Virus record (IMG/VR): IMGVR_UViG_3300037603_000091
Span: 1-59,381 of that record
Direction: 5' to 3' (one strand)
Source of the DNA: a virus
Lineage: Duplodnaviria > Caudoviricetes
DNA: 59,381 nt
Shown here: positions 46,421 through 56,267 of the stretch, one piece after another
Position numbering within the stretch: the stretch's first letter is position 1
How the letters are laid out: the number at the start of each line of letters is the position of its first letter
Notes under the pieces: model-generated
What the model was told of the DNA's origin: nothing
Databases searched by the model: none
The model's input: only the letters and a program-made list of their open reading frames with translations
Position numbers and translations under genes: made by a program

Positions 46421-48708
46421 TAGAAGGGAATCTCTCGTGTCTCTTCGCCATCGTACACGGGCCAGTCGTATGGACCGCCGAAGTTCTTGTCGAAGACGTC
46501 GCGGCATGTGTCAACGCCCGGCATCTGGTAGCAGTACTGGCGCGAGCCACCCTCCATCTTCTGCTTGCGAGTCAGGTTCGGCACGACGGTGTTCATGAAG
46601 CGCCCCCAGGCCACGCGACCCTCGTGTCGAGACTTGTGCTCGTCCTTCATGCGCTGGATGTAGTGCTGCCAGAGACCCTCGATTGGCATCCAACAGTCGA
46701 AGCCATGGCCCTCGCAGAGGCGGTCATACCACCACTGCTGAAGAGGCGACATCGTGAGCAGCTTCTGCTCCTGCAGAGCCTCTGTCTGTGGCACCTTGCG
46801 AATGTTGAACTCAGAGAGGTCATAGTTCATGAGGAAGTGCAGCAGGTTCTCGTATCCTCCTCCCCGCAGCAGCTTCTTCATCTGGGCAAAGTATGCTCCG
46901 TCGTTCTGTCGGCCTGAGCCCACGTCCAGCACGAAGAAGCGGCGATCGTCCAGTCCAGCTGGCACAACCCACTCGGAGTTGGAGCCCATGATGAGGTGGA
47001 TGAAGTTCGACTCCATCGAGATGTCGACACCCTTGAACTCGACTGGCATCATGCTCTCTGTGATGAGCATCTTGAGAGCCGCCTCGTGCTGCTTGTCGCC
47101 TGCGAAGAAGGCCTCGTTGGCGTAGACCAGGAGCTTGTCGCGCAGGTGGGCGTTGAAGTTGCCCAGGAAGGCATTGCTGCGAGCTGCCATGAAGAAGTGC
47201 TCTCGCATGAGCGCGCCGAGCGTCTCCACGAAGCTGTTCTTGCCCGTGCCCTGCCCGCCACGCAGCACGATGGCTGTCTCAGACTGGCTGGCAGGGTTCT
47301 GCACGAGCCGCGCACACCATCCGATCAGATAGTCATAGTGCTCCCGGTTGCCGGAGCAGATGTTCTCAAAGACGTGGTCCAGCCACATCTGGTGCTTGTC
47401 GCCCGCATGAGGCATGTAGCTGAAGCCCTGCCAGAGGTTGAGCATGTCCTCGGGGAGCGTTCCGTTCGGAAGGAAGCGCACACCCATGTACGAGCGCCGC
47501 TGTGGATGCTCGAGCCACCACTTGCCCTTCTTCTTGGTGATCGGCAGACCCTCCTGTGTCTGGGCCACCACCACCTTCTTGTTGCCATGGTGCAGCTCGA
47601 ACGCGTCCTTGGCCATGAACTCTGGAACTCTGAGTCCGTCCAGCGTGGGATCCTTGATCCATCTCATGATGCGGAACTTGCCACCCTGGATCACCGTGCA
47701 GTACTCGTTGTTCATGCGAGACAGCTCGGGATCGATGGCATGCTCCTTCGCCCTCTGGATCTGCCTGATCGCGGAGGCCTCTGGCTTCTTCTGGTCGAGG
47801 ATGTGGCCGGATATGGCAAGGTCGCGGTCAAGAACGACAGCCGCCATGACATCGTCGGGGAACTCGCAGCGAGCCATCTCGCACAGCACTGCCCAGAGCA
47901 CCTCGGATCGCGAGCCATACTTGGCCGGATTGTCAGGATCGCAGCCCTGCACGATGAGCATCTTGTGATAGTCGGAGAGCCGCTCCTTGCCCCACTGGTC
48001 CAGATCGTCGATCTCACCGATGCGTGGCAGGTTGCCAGAGATCTCCACCTTGACGCGGCCTGGGTCTCCCAGGTCTGTTCCACCGAGGGCGGGTGCCTGG
48101 CTGAAGACGGAGATGTCGTAGATCTCGTTGTCCAGGAAGACAACAGAGGCCGGGCGCTTCTCGCGCCCCTTGCTGCGCTTCTTCTTGTTCGGGACGTTGA
48201 CGGTGCCAGGAAGGCGCATGATGCGATCAACGTTGTGACAGTGGTCACCGCCCAGGTCAGACTCGAGCTGGCGGTTGTAGCGCTCGAAGTCGGACCAGTC
48301 GCCCTCGTCCGAGGTTATGGCATCTGACAGGCGCCAGAATGCCTGGTAGCCACCACCTGAGTCAATGATCAGGGAAGGCTTGGGGATGTGGTTCTCGAGC
48401 TTCTCAAGAATCTTCTTGCGCTCGGCAGCCACCATGCCAGTGGTGGGATCCACGTCGACGTGCAGCCACTCGGCAGCGACGATGTCCTTCTTCTGGGCCT
48501 TGTCAAACAGAGTGGCCTCGCCCGTGCTGTTCACGTGGAAGTAGAGGTTCTCCGTTCCGTTGACGGCGTCTATCCAGTCATGTGCGCTCTTCTCATCGCG
48601 GAATGTGTTGGTGCGGATCTTCCCGTCCGGCACGATGGATGTGAGCACCCATGGCCCGCCCGGTCTGAACCACTGCAGAAACTCGACTGCGGCAGCTGTG
48701 TCCTTCAC
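46420..48708 (-). CDS. DNA primase-helicase (RepB-like primase plus SF3/D5-like NTPase)
   Basis: HVDVD, DSGGGYQAFW, RIMRLPGTVN, GGQGTGKN, YANE, DRRFFV. Confidence 0.9.
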   Translation of the reverse strand: MKDTAAAVEFLQWFRPGGPWVLTSIVPDGKIRTNTFRDEKSAHDWIDAVNGTENLYFHVNSTGEATLFDKAQKKDIVAAEWLHVDVDPTTGMVAAERKKILEKLENHIPKPSLIIDSGGGYQAFWRLSDAITSDEGDWSDFERYNRQLESDLGGDHCHNVDRIMRLPGTVNVPNKKKRSKGREKRPASVVFLDNEIYDISVFSQAPALGGTDLGDPGRVKVEISGNLPRIGEIDDLDQWGKERLSDYHKMLIVQGCDPDNPAKYGSRSEVLWAVLCEMARCEFPDDVMAAVVLDRDLAISGHILDQKKPEASAIRQIQRAKEHAIDPELSRMNNEYCTVIQGGKFRIMRWIKDPTLDGLRVPEFMAKDAFELHHGNKKVVVAQTQEGLPITKKKGKWWLEHPQRRSYMGVRFLPNGTLPEDMLNLWQGFSYMPHAGDKHQMWLDHVFENICSGNREHYDYLIGWCARLVQNPASQSETAIVLRGGQGTGKNSFVETLGALMREHFFMAARSNAFLGNFNAHLRDKLLVYANEAFFAGDKQHEAALKMLITESMMPVEFKGVDISMESNFIHLIMGSNSEWVVPAGLDDRRFFVLDVGSGRQNDGAYFAQMKKLLRGGGYENLLHFLMNYDLSEFNIRKVPQTEALQEQKLLTMSPLQQWWYDRLCEGHGFDCWMPIEGLWQHYIQRMKDEHKSRHEGRVAWGRFMNTVVPNLTRKQKMEGGSRQYCYQMPGVDTCRDVFDKNFGGPYDWPVYDGEETREIPF

Positions 48709-48710
48709 CC

Positions 48711-49043
48711 CTATGCCTCCCAGAAGAAGATGAGCTTCTCACAGGACTCCAGTCCTCGCTCCATTCGGTTCACCCAGAGACGGGACACTCCCATCTGGTG
48801 TGCCACCTGCGCCTGTGTCCAGTCTGCTCTGCGACGATACAGCACACAGCAGTCAGCTGGTGTGAGCTCGCGCTTCAGTCGACGACGCAGCTTGCCTCGA
48901 ATCGGATCGCGACCGTGCTCGAGCCGCACGTATGTCTGGCGCTTGTATCCCAGCGCGTCTGCAGCCTGCTTCTGATTGTACCCGCGTCGCCTGCGCCAGA
49001 GGAAGAGAAGCTCCGCGTCGGTTGGGCTGTCGCCGTCCTGCAT
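48711..49043 (-). CDS. Tandem XRE-type HTH regulator (start MQDGDS)
   Basis: YNQKQAADALG...RLEHG and WTQAQVAHQMGVSR.WVNRMERG. Confidence 0.8.
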   Translation of the reverse strand: MQDGDSPTDAELLFLWRRRRGYNQKQAADALGYKRQTYVRLEHGRDPIRGKLRRRLKRELTPADCCVLYRRRADWTQAQVAHQMGVSRLWVNRMERGLESCEKLIFFWEA

Positions 49044-49044
49044 C

Positions 49045-49455
49045 TCATGTGTTGTCGAGCTCACTCTGCAGCTCCTTTCTGAAGTTCTTGCCAGCGGGCC
49101 AATATGCCTGGGCATGCTCTATGAGCTCGGCCTTGGTGGAGCGACCCAAATAGCGTGCTGCGACGTCGCCGCGTAGCAAAAGTATATCCCTGCCGATCTT
49201 CAATAGAAGATGAACACGCCCCCCAGCATGATGTCTTTGAACCGCCCAGACGCGCTGCTCCTGGGTCATGTCGTGGTCGAGGCGCACGAGGGTCTCCTCC
49301 CGCACGGGCCAGCGGTCCTGCTGCTTGAGCTCTATCCAGCCCTCGACGTAGTTGACGTCAGGCGTGCCTGGGACAGCTGGGTTCTCAACCCGAACCGGGT
49401 CACGCCCCTTGAGAGCCGGACGAACCTGTGACCCCCAGAAGGAGGCCTCACTCAT
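49045..49455 (-). CDS. PD-(D/E)xK nuclease, Holliday-junction resolvase/VRR-NUC-like
   Basis: RVEN...PGTPDV...WIELK, EQRVW. Confidence 0.8.
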   Translation of the reverse strand: MSEASFWGSQVRPALKGRDPVRVENPAVPGTPDVNYVEGWIELKQQDRWPVREETLVRLDHDMTQEQRVWAVQRHHAGGRVHLLLKIGRDILLLRGDVAARYLGRSTKAELIEHAQAYWPAGKNFRKELQSELDNT

Positions 49456-49735
49456 AGCCCATGTCCTTCAGCATTCTTGCAACGAGGTGCCAGACCGTGA
49501 TGGAGAGTCTTGGATAGTCTTCCACACGACCTGTCCGCGTCGCCTTCTTCTTGCCCTGCATGACATCTCTGAACCTGTCGTACAGACTGGACATGGACCT
49601 TGTCTGTCGCATGACCCATCCATCATAGTCGCCCTTGGTCCTGCTGCCACCGCCGTCGTTTGCGATGACCATCTCACCAATGGTCTTGACCTGGCCCGTG
49701 ATGGCCGAGTGCAGCTCTATCTTGACAACTAGCAC
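49448..49735 (-). CDS. Hypothetical protein
   Basis: MLVVKIELH...IANDG...GDY...YPR pattern. Confidence 0.7.
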   Translation of the reverse strand: MLVVKIELHSAITGQVKTIGEMVIANDGGGSRTKGDYDGWVMRQTRSMSSLYDRFRDVMQGKKKATRTGRVEDYPRLSITVWHLVARMLKDMGYE

Positions 49736-49929
49736 AGCTTCTTCTCCCTTGCGAGCCAGTCCGGAACCTCGACAGTGACAATGTCACCCACCTTGTATCC
49801 GGGCTGAATCTCTATCTCTGACATTGGCAGCCACTCGCCGACGCACTTGTCGCCGTCGTTCACCTTGATTGCCAGCTCCGAGCAGACCTCTATCTCAACG
49901 TCATACTCTTGCAAGCTGAGTGCCTCCAT
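49729..49929 (-). CDS. Hypothetical protein (start MEALSL)
   Basis: WLPMSEI...VEVPDWLAREK. Confidence 0.65.
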   Translation of the reverse strand: MEALSLQEYDVEIEVCSELAIKVNDGDKCVGEWLPMSEIEIQPGYKVGDIVTVEVPDWLAREKKLC

Positions 49930-50482
49930 TTGTCTCGCGGTAGGCCACAATCTCCACGCCAGCCTCCTGATACATGTCCAGACCGTTCTGACAGGAGCGC
50001 TTCCAGCGCTCGCTGAAGCCAGCCTCCTCTAGATGCACATAGACGACCCGCTTTATCCCAGCCTGTATGACATGTGCCGTGCAGCGGGCACAACTTGGTC
50101 CATGTCCTGGTGGCCAAGTGTACATAGTGTATCCACGGACGGGCTCCACAGCAGAGAGGATGGCATTGAGCTCTGCATGTACCACGCGCTCGAGCTTCAA
50201 CTCCCGATCATCATACTTCTCCTGGGCATCTGAACACCCACGGGGGAAGCCATTGTATCCAACCGATGCGATTGTGAGGTCAGGTCGGACTATGGCAGCC
50301 CCACACTTCGTGCTGGGATCCTTGGACCAGCCTGCAACCATGGCTGCGAGCCCAAGGAAGCGACGGTCCCACTTGTCTTGTCTGAGAACACGCTGAGCCT
50401 GCTGATAGGTCTGGCCACGAATATAGCCCTCGTTCTCCTGCCAGCGGCGGACGATGTCTTCTGCTTCTGAAACCTTCATCAC
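49901..50482 (-). CDS. dCMP deaminase
   Basis: SKDPSTKCGA, GYNGFPRG, HAELNA, SCARC. Confidence 0.92.
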   Translation of the reverse strand: MMKVSEAEDIVRRWQENEGYIRGQTYQQAQRVLRQDKWDRRFLGLAAMVAGWSKDPSTKCGAAIVRPDLTIASVGYNGFPRGCSDAQEKYDDRELKLERVVHAELNAILSAVEPVRGYTMYTWPPGHGPSCARCTAHVIQAGIKRVVYVHLEEAGFSERWKRSCQNGLDMYQEAGVEIVAYRETNGGTQLARV

Positions 50483-50724
50483 TTCCCATCCAATGGCTTG
50501 AGAACCTTGCCCGCGCGGCGACTGACGCGCTGAGCAAAGTAGTTGTAGACGTGTGGACGAACGCGCTTCTGTGTCAGGAACACCTCGCCTCGCTCTGCAG
50601 CCCGCCTCATGAAGGCGCTGACCTCGGGATCCCTCTGTGCGTGATCAGCCTGAAGATAGAGTATCCGAGCGGGTGGCTCACTGCCCTCGAGCCAGTCCCG
50701 GAATCTCTGTAGTCTGTCTGTCAT
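50479..50724 (-). CDS. Hypothetical protein (start MTDRLQ)
   Basis: AGAAAAGGAG RBS; GEVFLTQKR motif. Confidence 0.7.
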   Translation of the reverse strand: MTDRLQRFRDWLEGSEPPARILYLQADHAQRDPEVSAFMRRAAERGEVFLTQKRVRPHVYNYFAQRVSRRAGKVLKPLDGK

Positions 50725-50737
50725 GTTGTCTCCTTTT

Positions 50738-52660
50738 CTATGACACATCGCCCCAGTTGGGGCCAAGCTCCACGTCAACCTTGCTCGGAACGTTCAGGTC
50801 AACGCATGTCTTCATGATCTCAGCTGCACCCTCGGCGTATGCTCGGTCTGGCACGGAGAAGTCGAACTCGTCGTGCACCTGCAGCTGAAGTGGGTATCCT
50901 GCCCGGTCTAGGTCGACCATGGCTGTCTTTGTCTGGTCTCCGGCCCCGCCCTGGATGAGGCGGTTGAGAGCCTTGTTTGTCCAGTCCCAGTTGAGGCCGT
51001 CCTTGGCCCGAGGGAATCGACACTTGCGCCCGGAGAGGGTGCGGATGAAACCGTTCTTGCGGGCTCGCTTGTCACACCATGTCTGGAGTGCTGCGACCAT
51101 GGGCACGCGCTTGTGGAAGCGGTTGAAGAGCTGCTTGCCCTCGTCTCCGGCCACGCGCATCATTCGGCCCTTGTACTCTATGACCTTCGTTGGCAGGCCC
51201 AGGTCGTTGCACAGCTTGACCTCTCCCATGTTGTAGCAGAGCCCAAGGAAGATGATCTTGCATTGACCGCGCTTGAACTTCCAGTCCTTGGGATCGGTCT
51301 CCTCCTTCTTCAGGCCGAAGACCATCTCCGTCATCATGTCGTGGTTGTCCATGTCGGGGTCGTCGCGGTACTTCTGCGCGGCCTCCTCGCCACCCGGAAC
51401 GCCCACCACCTCGGCACAGTGTGCCAGTAGACGTGGCTCCTGCTGCGAGTAGTCCAGACACGCCCACTGGGCACCGTCATCTGGCACGTACACCCTGCGC
51501 CACATGGTTCCCACCTCGGGATCCCGTGCTGGCTGCTGCTGCATGTTTGGATCCTGCGAGCTGAGGCGACCGTATGCCGCCCCGCGCAGGTTCTTGCCGT
51601 CATCGTCGGAGCGACGCAGCTGGTTGAAGGAGCAGTGCACTCGACCGTTGACCTGATAGTCCTTGACCTGCTGAACGAAGGTGCTCACCATCTTGTTGTG
51701 CTTGCGGCCCTGACTGATCATTGGGATCATCGGGTGCTTGTCCGCGTTGCCACGAAGCCAGTCCGCGTCGAGGGACTCGGACATTGAGAATGGGATGCCG
51801 ACCTCGTTCAGGATGCGAACCAGGAGCTCCTTCTTGTCAAAGTCGCCGGGTGTGAAGCCAATCGTTGTGAGATTGTCGATGAAGTCTGCAGCCTCCGCCC
51901 GCTTGCCCGAGCAGTATGTCTCAACGTGCATGAGCTGGTCGAAGTCGACCTTCACGCCGCGACGACGCATCTTGACCAGCACGGGCTGCACGGCACACTC
52001 CAGATCATAGACCTTGCGCAGGTCCTGCTTGTCTATCTCAGCCTCCTGCGCCCTGATGAGCTGCAGTGGCGCGGTGGCATCGCGCTCGGCGTATGGGCCC
52101 ACGTAGCGGCCAGGAAGGTCGGAGATCCAGGCGCCAACCTGGTTGTCCTTCTTCATGCCGTATGCCTTGGCTGCCTCGATCATGCCCTGGTCGTCCTTGA
52201 GATCGAAGCCCCAGTCCTTCAGAATGCTGTTTAGAGAGTAGCTGAACTTCAGCTCGTTCAGGAGTGGCTCGGCCACCTGAGTGTCGCGGAATGTGACGTC
52301 CGGGTGGAACTCAAGTCCCCACTCCATTAGATAGTCGATGTCGTACTGAAGGTTTGCCCCGGTGATCTCACCACGGAAGCGCTTCAACTGGGCCTGCATG
52401 TAGCGCCTGACCTGGTCCGGATCGAGGTTGTCCTCGGGATGCCCAAAGGGGAGATACCAGCCGCGCTCGGTCGTCGTTGCGAAGGAGATGCCGACCATGC
52501 GACCCTCTCGCCTGACACCTGGACCCAGCTCCCTGAGAGTCGGGTCGCTTGTCTCGGTGTCCAGAGAGATGAGCCCCCTCTCGCCCCAATCGGGCAGAGC
52601 TGACATGTCTGGCAGCTTCCAGTTGGAGTCCGGGGCAAGAAGGGGAAGTTGTATTGGCAC
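50738..52660 (-). CDS. polA: DNA polymerase family A with 3'-5' exonuclease
   Basis: LDTET, NLQYD, YAERD, GRLSSQDPN.QQ.P, DYSQQEPR, QVHDE. Confidence 0.95.
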   Translation of the reverse strand: MPIQLPLLAPDSNWKLPDMSALPDWGERGLISLDTETSDPTLRELGPGVRREGRMVGISFATTTERGWYLPFGHPEDNLDPDQVRRYMQAQLKRFRGEITGANLQYDIDYLMEWGLEFHPDVTFRDTQVAEPLLNELKFSYSLNSILKDWGFDLKDDQGMIEAAKAYGMKKDNQVGAWISDLPGRYVGPYAERDATAPLQLIRAQEAEIDKQDLRKVYDLECAVQPVLVKMRRRGVKVDFDQLMHVETYCSGKRAEAADFIDNLTTIGFTPGDFDKKELLVRILNEVGIPFSMSESLDADWLRGNADKHPMIPMISQGRKHNKMVSTFVQQVKDYQVNGRVHCSFNQLRRSDDDGKNLRGAAYGRLSSQDPNMQQQPARDPEVGTMWRRVYVPDDGAQWACLDYSQQEPRLLAHCAEVVGVPGGEEAAQKYRDDPDMDNHDMMTEMVFGLKKEETDPKDWKFKRGQCKIIFLGLCYNMGEVKLCNDLGLPTKVIEYKGRMMRVAGDEGKQLFNRFHKRVPMVAALQTWCDKRARKNGFIRTLSGRKCRFPRAKDGLNWDWTNKALNRLIQGGAGDQTKTAMVDLDRAGYPLQLQVHDEFDFSVPDRAYAEGAAEIMKTCVDLNVPSKVDVELGPNWGDVS

Positions 52661-53124
52661 TAGAAGCCTCGATCAATCATGGTGTCCAACTTCTCAAGGG
52701 CGGCCTGCAACTGCTCCTGCCGCACGCCGCAGACAATCAGTGAGATGATCTCAGCCTCTTCTGATGGAATGCGATTGCCCGAGCTGAACTCGTGCGGAGC
52801 CACCATGATCTCAGCGTCATTGGAGAAGTGCCCTGCCTGATAGCCCTCCATGAGCTTGATGACGTAGTGTCGAGCCTTCTTCAGGTCCTCGACGCCATTC
52901 TTCTTGCGCCATCGCGTTATGTACTTCGTGGCATTGCCAATGAGGTATCCCGGTCCGAAGTTGTAGGAGATGAAGTCCCAGTGCTGGATCCCATCCTTTG
53001 GATAGTGGTCGCCTCCGACCTGCATGTCATTTGCTTGTGTCATTCTTCTATAGTCCCTGCATATTTTGCAACCAAGGGGGTCAGGCACGAGCCCGCACAC
53101 CCAGCACACGTCACTTGTGCTCAC
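52660..53124 (-). CDS. DUF3310/SaV-like (T7 gp1.7-like) putative nucleotide kinase
   Basis: QVGGDHY, GNATKYITRWRKKNGVEDLKKARHY. Confidence 0.8.
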   Translation of the reverse strand: MSTSDVCWVCGLVPDPLGCKICRDYRRMTQANDMQVGGDHYPKDGIQHWDFISYNFGPGYLIGNATKYITRWRKKNGVEDLKKARHYVIKLMEGYQAGHFSNDAEIMVAPHEFSSGNRIPSEEAEIISLIVCGVRQEQLQAALEKLDTMIDRGF

Positions 53125-53560
53125 TCTCTGTCACCTCCGACCAGTGAACGCGACCCTCGGGCGTGTGATAGTACCACTCCCGCACCTTGGGCCCCATGAG
53201 GCAGAGCGACCACATGCCACCCTTCGAGACCTCGAGGATGCGGTGAGCGTCCCAGTCGCAGCCTCTCATGTAGTTCCAGAAGCGGCGCTTGATCTTGAAG
53301 TCCTTTCGAGTAATGTCGGCCTCGGAATGCTTGATGATCCGCCGCTCCACGTACCAGCCCTTCAAGAAGATCGAGAGAAACGCGCTGGTGTGGTCGTGGG
53401 GATGGCCCACGTCAGCCTGCTTGATGTGATTGAGCGACAGGGCGAACCAAGGTGTCTTGAAGATGAACAGTCGGTTCAGATACGGCTCCTGGGCATCCGA
53501 CCAGCGCCAGAAGCACCACCGGATCCCAGTGCCCGACTTGTATACCCTACTTCGAAACAT
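53111..53560 (-). CDS. Cupin-like protein, paralogue of 42514..43005
   Basis: PYLNR, HPHDH...GWYVE, AHRI, W.Y. Confidence 0.65.
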   Translation of the reverse strand: MFRSRVYKSGTGIRWCFWRWSDAQEPYLNRLFIFKTPWFALSLNHIKQADVGHPHDHTSAFLSIFLKGWYVERRIIKHSEADITRKDFKIKRRFWNYMRGCDWDAHRILEVSKGGMWSLCLMGPKVREWYYHTPEGRVHWSEVTESEHK

Positions 53561-54104
53561 TGTGGTCCCTCCCCATGATGGCCTTCCACCAGCCCGTGGT
53601 TTCTGAGACCTCGAACTTGTGAGCAGCGATGAACAGCTTGAGCTCCTCCGGAAGAGGCATCTCCTGGAGCTGCTCGATGCAGCTCTTCATGGTTGGACGC
53701 ACCAGCTGATTGCCCATCTGGAGCTGCTCGTGTGTCCACATGAGGCACTCCAGCACGTCGCACGCTGCCAGCCACTGACGCTCCTCCTCGCTCAAGGGGA
53801 TGCGGATGCCGAGCTCGTCCTCGATCATGCGCTCCGTCATCTTGAGCTCCCTGCCGAGCTCCGGATTAAGCCAGTACTTGGCAGGTGCAGGCGTGTCACC
53901 GACCCACCGCTCGGGCACGTCGTGCCAGAGGGCAGCCATGATGAGGTTGTTCGATGCGTTGGGGCACAGCAGAGCTATGAGCGATGCAACCGCCCAGGAG
54001 TGCTTCGCGACGGAGTACTCTCCGTGGTGGGGAACGCAGTGCATCCGCTCGGTCCACCCTCCCTCTCTGATTGCCAGAACGACCTGGCTCGGTGTCTTAT
54101 CCAT
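53547..54104 (-). CDS. HD-domain 5'-deoxynucleotidase (YfbR-like), start MDKTPS
   Basis: SVAKHS, ALWHDVPE..VGD.PAPAK, ACDVLE. Confidence 0.85.
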   Translation of the reverse strand: MDKTPSQVVLAIREGGWTERMHCVPHHGEYSVAKHSWAVASLIALLCPNASNNLIMAALWHDVPERWVGDTPAPAKYWLNPELGRELKMTERMIEDELGIRIPLSEEERQWLAACDVLECLMWTHEQLQMGNQLVRPTMKSCIEQLQEMPLPEELKLFIAAHKFEVSETTGWWKAIMGRDHNVSK

Positions 54105-55170
54105 TCTTGCTTCTCCAGCGTCTGTGTCTCTGTTCAATCCAGTCCCGTGCTGCAAACTTCCAGTCGCAGTTGTCTGGCATCTGGTCCAGTATCTCGAGCG
54201 CGCCTAGGAAGCGGTCCTCACCCTCGCCCTTCTTGTAGTGTCGATGAGCCATCCACATCGGGACGGCACACTTGCGCCAGAAGGGGTGAACGAAGCCCAC
54301 CGCGCTGGGATCCTCGAAGAAGAGGGCCATGTCCTGGTCCCACAGCTTGGGATCTCGACGTGCCGAGAACAGCCTCGTGGGCTTGACGAGCCCATCCCTG
54401 TAGGGGCATGCATTATCGATGGCGAACTCGTCCATCTCGCGGATGCCAGCACACTTGTCGTATGTGTCATCGTACGCGTGATAGTTCGTGCTGACCTGCC
54501 AGTAGCGTCCGATGGGGACCTCCACCATGCCGGCCACGTACTCCTGGAGGATGGACATGTGCACGGCGTTGGCGCCATAGGCACCCCAGACGATGTCATT
54601 GGAGCGGTTGAAGACGTACATGTTGAGCGCGCCGTCCGACCCGATCTCGAACTTCAGGGACAGGTTGCACGGAACGTCCTTGCCGCCACTGTCTGCAACA
54701 AGTTGATCAATCGGCCCAGCCCACATGTTGATGACAACCCGGCGATCAGTCTTGTCCTTCTTGAGGCGGTCAATCGCCCAGGATAGCTGGTCCCATGATT
54801 CGTACTGATGATCGCTGTTGCCTCTGCTGGGATGTTCGAAGAACGAGCGCCAGCGCCATCCATATGCACCCCACATGGTCTTGCCATCATCGGAGTAGCT
54901 GCGCATGTTCTTGGCAAAGCTCTCCACGAACTTCAGGTCATTGCGACCTGCGAGCATCCAGATGGACTCGAACAGGTGAAAGAATGGGTTGGCGTCCCGT
55001 TCTCGATAGAAGATGACCCTCTCGTCAGGCCGCTCGTAGAGAGTTGTGACGGGCTCGGGGTGCACGTGCACGGAGCCGTTGCGGGAGGGGCGCTTTTCTC
55101 CCTCGTCTCGAAGGAGCTGGAGTCCTCGAGGAAGAGCTTCTTGCACGTTCCTGACGCGTAGGGTCTTCAT
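54097..55170 (-). CDS. Thymidylate-synthase-fold dUMP hydroxymethylase (start MKTLRV)
   Basis: ANPFFHLFE..WML.GRND, GAYG.RW, KDVPCN, RSNDIVWGAYGANAVH (Asn implies dUMP specificity), NYHAY. Confidence 0.85.
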   Translation of the reverse strand: MKTLRVRNVQEALPRGLQLLRDEGEKRPSRNGSVHVHPEPVTTLYERPDERVIFYRERDANPFFHLFESIWMLAGRNDLKFVESFAKNMRSYSDDGKTMWGAYGWRWRSFFEHPSRGNSDHQYESWDQLSWAIDRLKKDKTDRRVVINMWAGPIDQLVADSGGKDVPCNLSLKFEIGSDGALNMYVFNRSNDIVWGAYGANAVHMSILQEYVAGMVEVPIGRYWQVSTNYHAYDDTYDKCAGIREMDEFAIDNACPYRDGLVKPTRLFSARRDPKLWDQDMALFFEDPSAVGFVHPFWRKCAVPMWMAHRHYKKGEGEDRFLGALEILDQMPDNCDWKFAARDWIEQRHRRWRSKNG

Positions 55171-56021
55171 GTCTCTGCGTCCTCTACTGGAGGATCCTGT
55201 GGGAGCTCCTCTTCGGGCGGGATGGAGGATGCAAATGCCTTCTTCCAGTAGACAGTCACCTCCGTGCGGGTGCCGAAGCCCTCGCGGTCTGTCTTGTTCT
55301 GCTTCTGGCGTGTGCGCACGAACCCAGGGTGAAGCTCTGCGAGCTTCTCGGCACCTGCGTTGTGAACCTGGTGTGTTCGCCACACGGAGCAGCCCCCGTC
55401 GGCCTGTGTCTTGCTCTGCCCCTGGGCGAACCTGTAGAAGACGAGTGACGGGAGGCCAGCACGCAGCATCTGGAGCGCGACGTCGAAGTCCTCCATGATG
55501 TGCACACGACCACCCTCTGTGGCGAGATAGTCCGCAGTGCGATAGGCGAGAAGTCTCATGTAGCGGGTGTTCTCAACCTCTCCCTCGCGCGTCCGGTTGT
55601 TGCCCTCGCGCCCCGAAACACCCACGTGAGCGTACTGGTGAAGTGCTCTAGAGATAGAAGCAAACATCTCATAGATGTCTTCCGGACCAGGAGCAGTCAG
55701 CTTCCACCACTCATCGTGATCAGCTTCCTGGTCGCGGCGAATGTAGAACTCGATGTCATCATCCAGCATGCAGAACTTCTCAACGCCGACCATGTCACAT
55801 GCCTCAGCGATGTGGCGGCGAGTTGGCTCGATGCGAGTGATGCTCTTTGGCAGCACCATGAGCTCCACGTCTGGTGTGTTCAGAAGCGCAGCGCGGTACG
55901 CGCTTGCCTCGTGTGCCTGACAGACCACGGTTGTGTTTGAGTGAAGAGATGTTGGCAGCTTGCCAAGCGTTCCCTGATGTATGCGGTCTGCACGACCAAG
56001 GGATGGGATGAATAGGCGCAT
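55167..56021 (-). CDS. GT-A glycosyltransferase, TAGT/JGT/GREB1-like
   Basis: IPSLGRA, TR.HI, MLDDD, EDFDVALQ.LRAG, GGCS.WRT, V.WKKA. Confidence 0.8.
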   Translation of the reverse strand: MRLFIPSLGRADRIHQGTLGKLPTSLHSNTTVVCQAHEASAYRAALLNTPDVELMVLPKSITRIEPTRRHIAEACDMVGVEKFCMLDDDIEFYIRRDQEADHDEWWKLTAPGPEDIYEMFASISRALHQYAHVGVSGREGNNRTREGEVENTRYMRLLAYRTADYLATEGGRVHIMEDFDVALQMLRAGLPSLVFYRFAQGQSKTQADGGCSVWRTHQVHNAGAEKLAELHPGFVRTRQKQNKTDREGFGTRTEVTVYWKKAFASSIPPEEELPQDPPVEDAET

Positions 56022-56043
56022 GTGTCCTCCGTTTCTAGGGGCG

Positions 56044-56072
56044 ACCCTAGCGCCCCTCGTTCCAGTTGTAAA
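56044..56072 (-). promoter_or_regulatory. Putative promoter TTTACA-N17-TAGGGT for glycosyltransferase operon; -10 flanked by 7-bp inverted repeat
   Basis: aggggcg accctag cgcccct at 56037..56057. Confidence 0.55.
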
Positions 56073-56075
56073 GTG

Positions 56076-56267
56076 CTAGCTGCTCTTGGCCATGGCAGCA
56101 CCAGCCACCACCGCGCTGAAGACAAGCACGAGAGCGCTGGGCACTGCGACACCGAGCCACACTCCAATTGGGATCTGCCCAAGAGCGGCGCTCTCTGTCA
56201 GCTGGGCCAGCCACTCATCGTAGGAGTACCACATTAGTAGAAGTCCGGATGTGATGTTCTTGATCAT
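56076..56267 (-). CDS. Small membrane protein
   Basis: ATGA-coupled, hydrophobic C-terminus. Confidence 0.55.
   Translation of the reverse strand: MIKNITSGLLLMWYSYDEWLAQLTESAALGQIPIGVWLGVAVPSALVLVFSAVVAGAAMAKSS

Noticed and set aside
46996-48327. Long plus-strand ORFs (also 20544..21623, 32088..32891, 38538..39332)
   Set aside because: Antisense shadows of well-supported minus-strand genes in GC-rich DNA; no RBS or motifs
46420-49043. Integrase/repressor lysogeny module
   Set aside because: The large ORF has primase and helicase motifs; no recombinase or ParA found; the HTH gene alone is insufficient
54097-55170. Ordinary ThyA or dCMP hydroxymethylase
   Set aside because: RSNDIVWGAYGAN signature with Asn and the neighbouring hmdU-kinase-like gene favour dUMP hydroxymethylase; not proven biochemically
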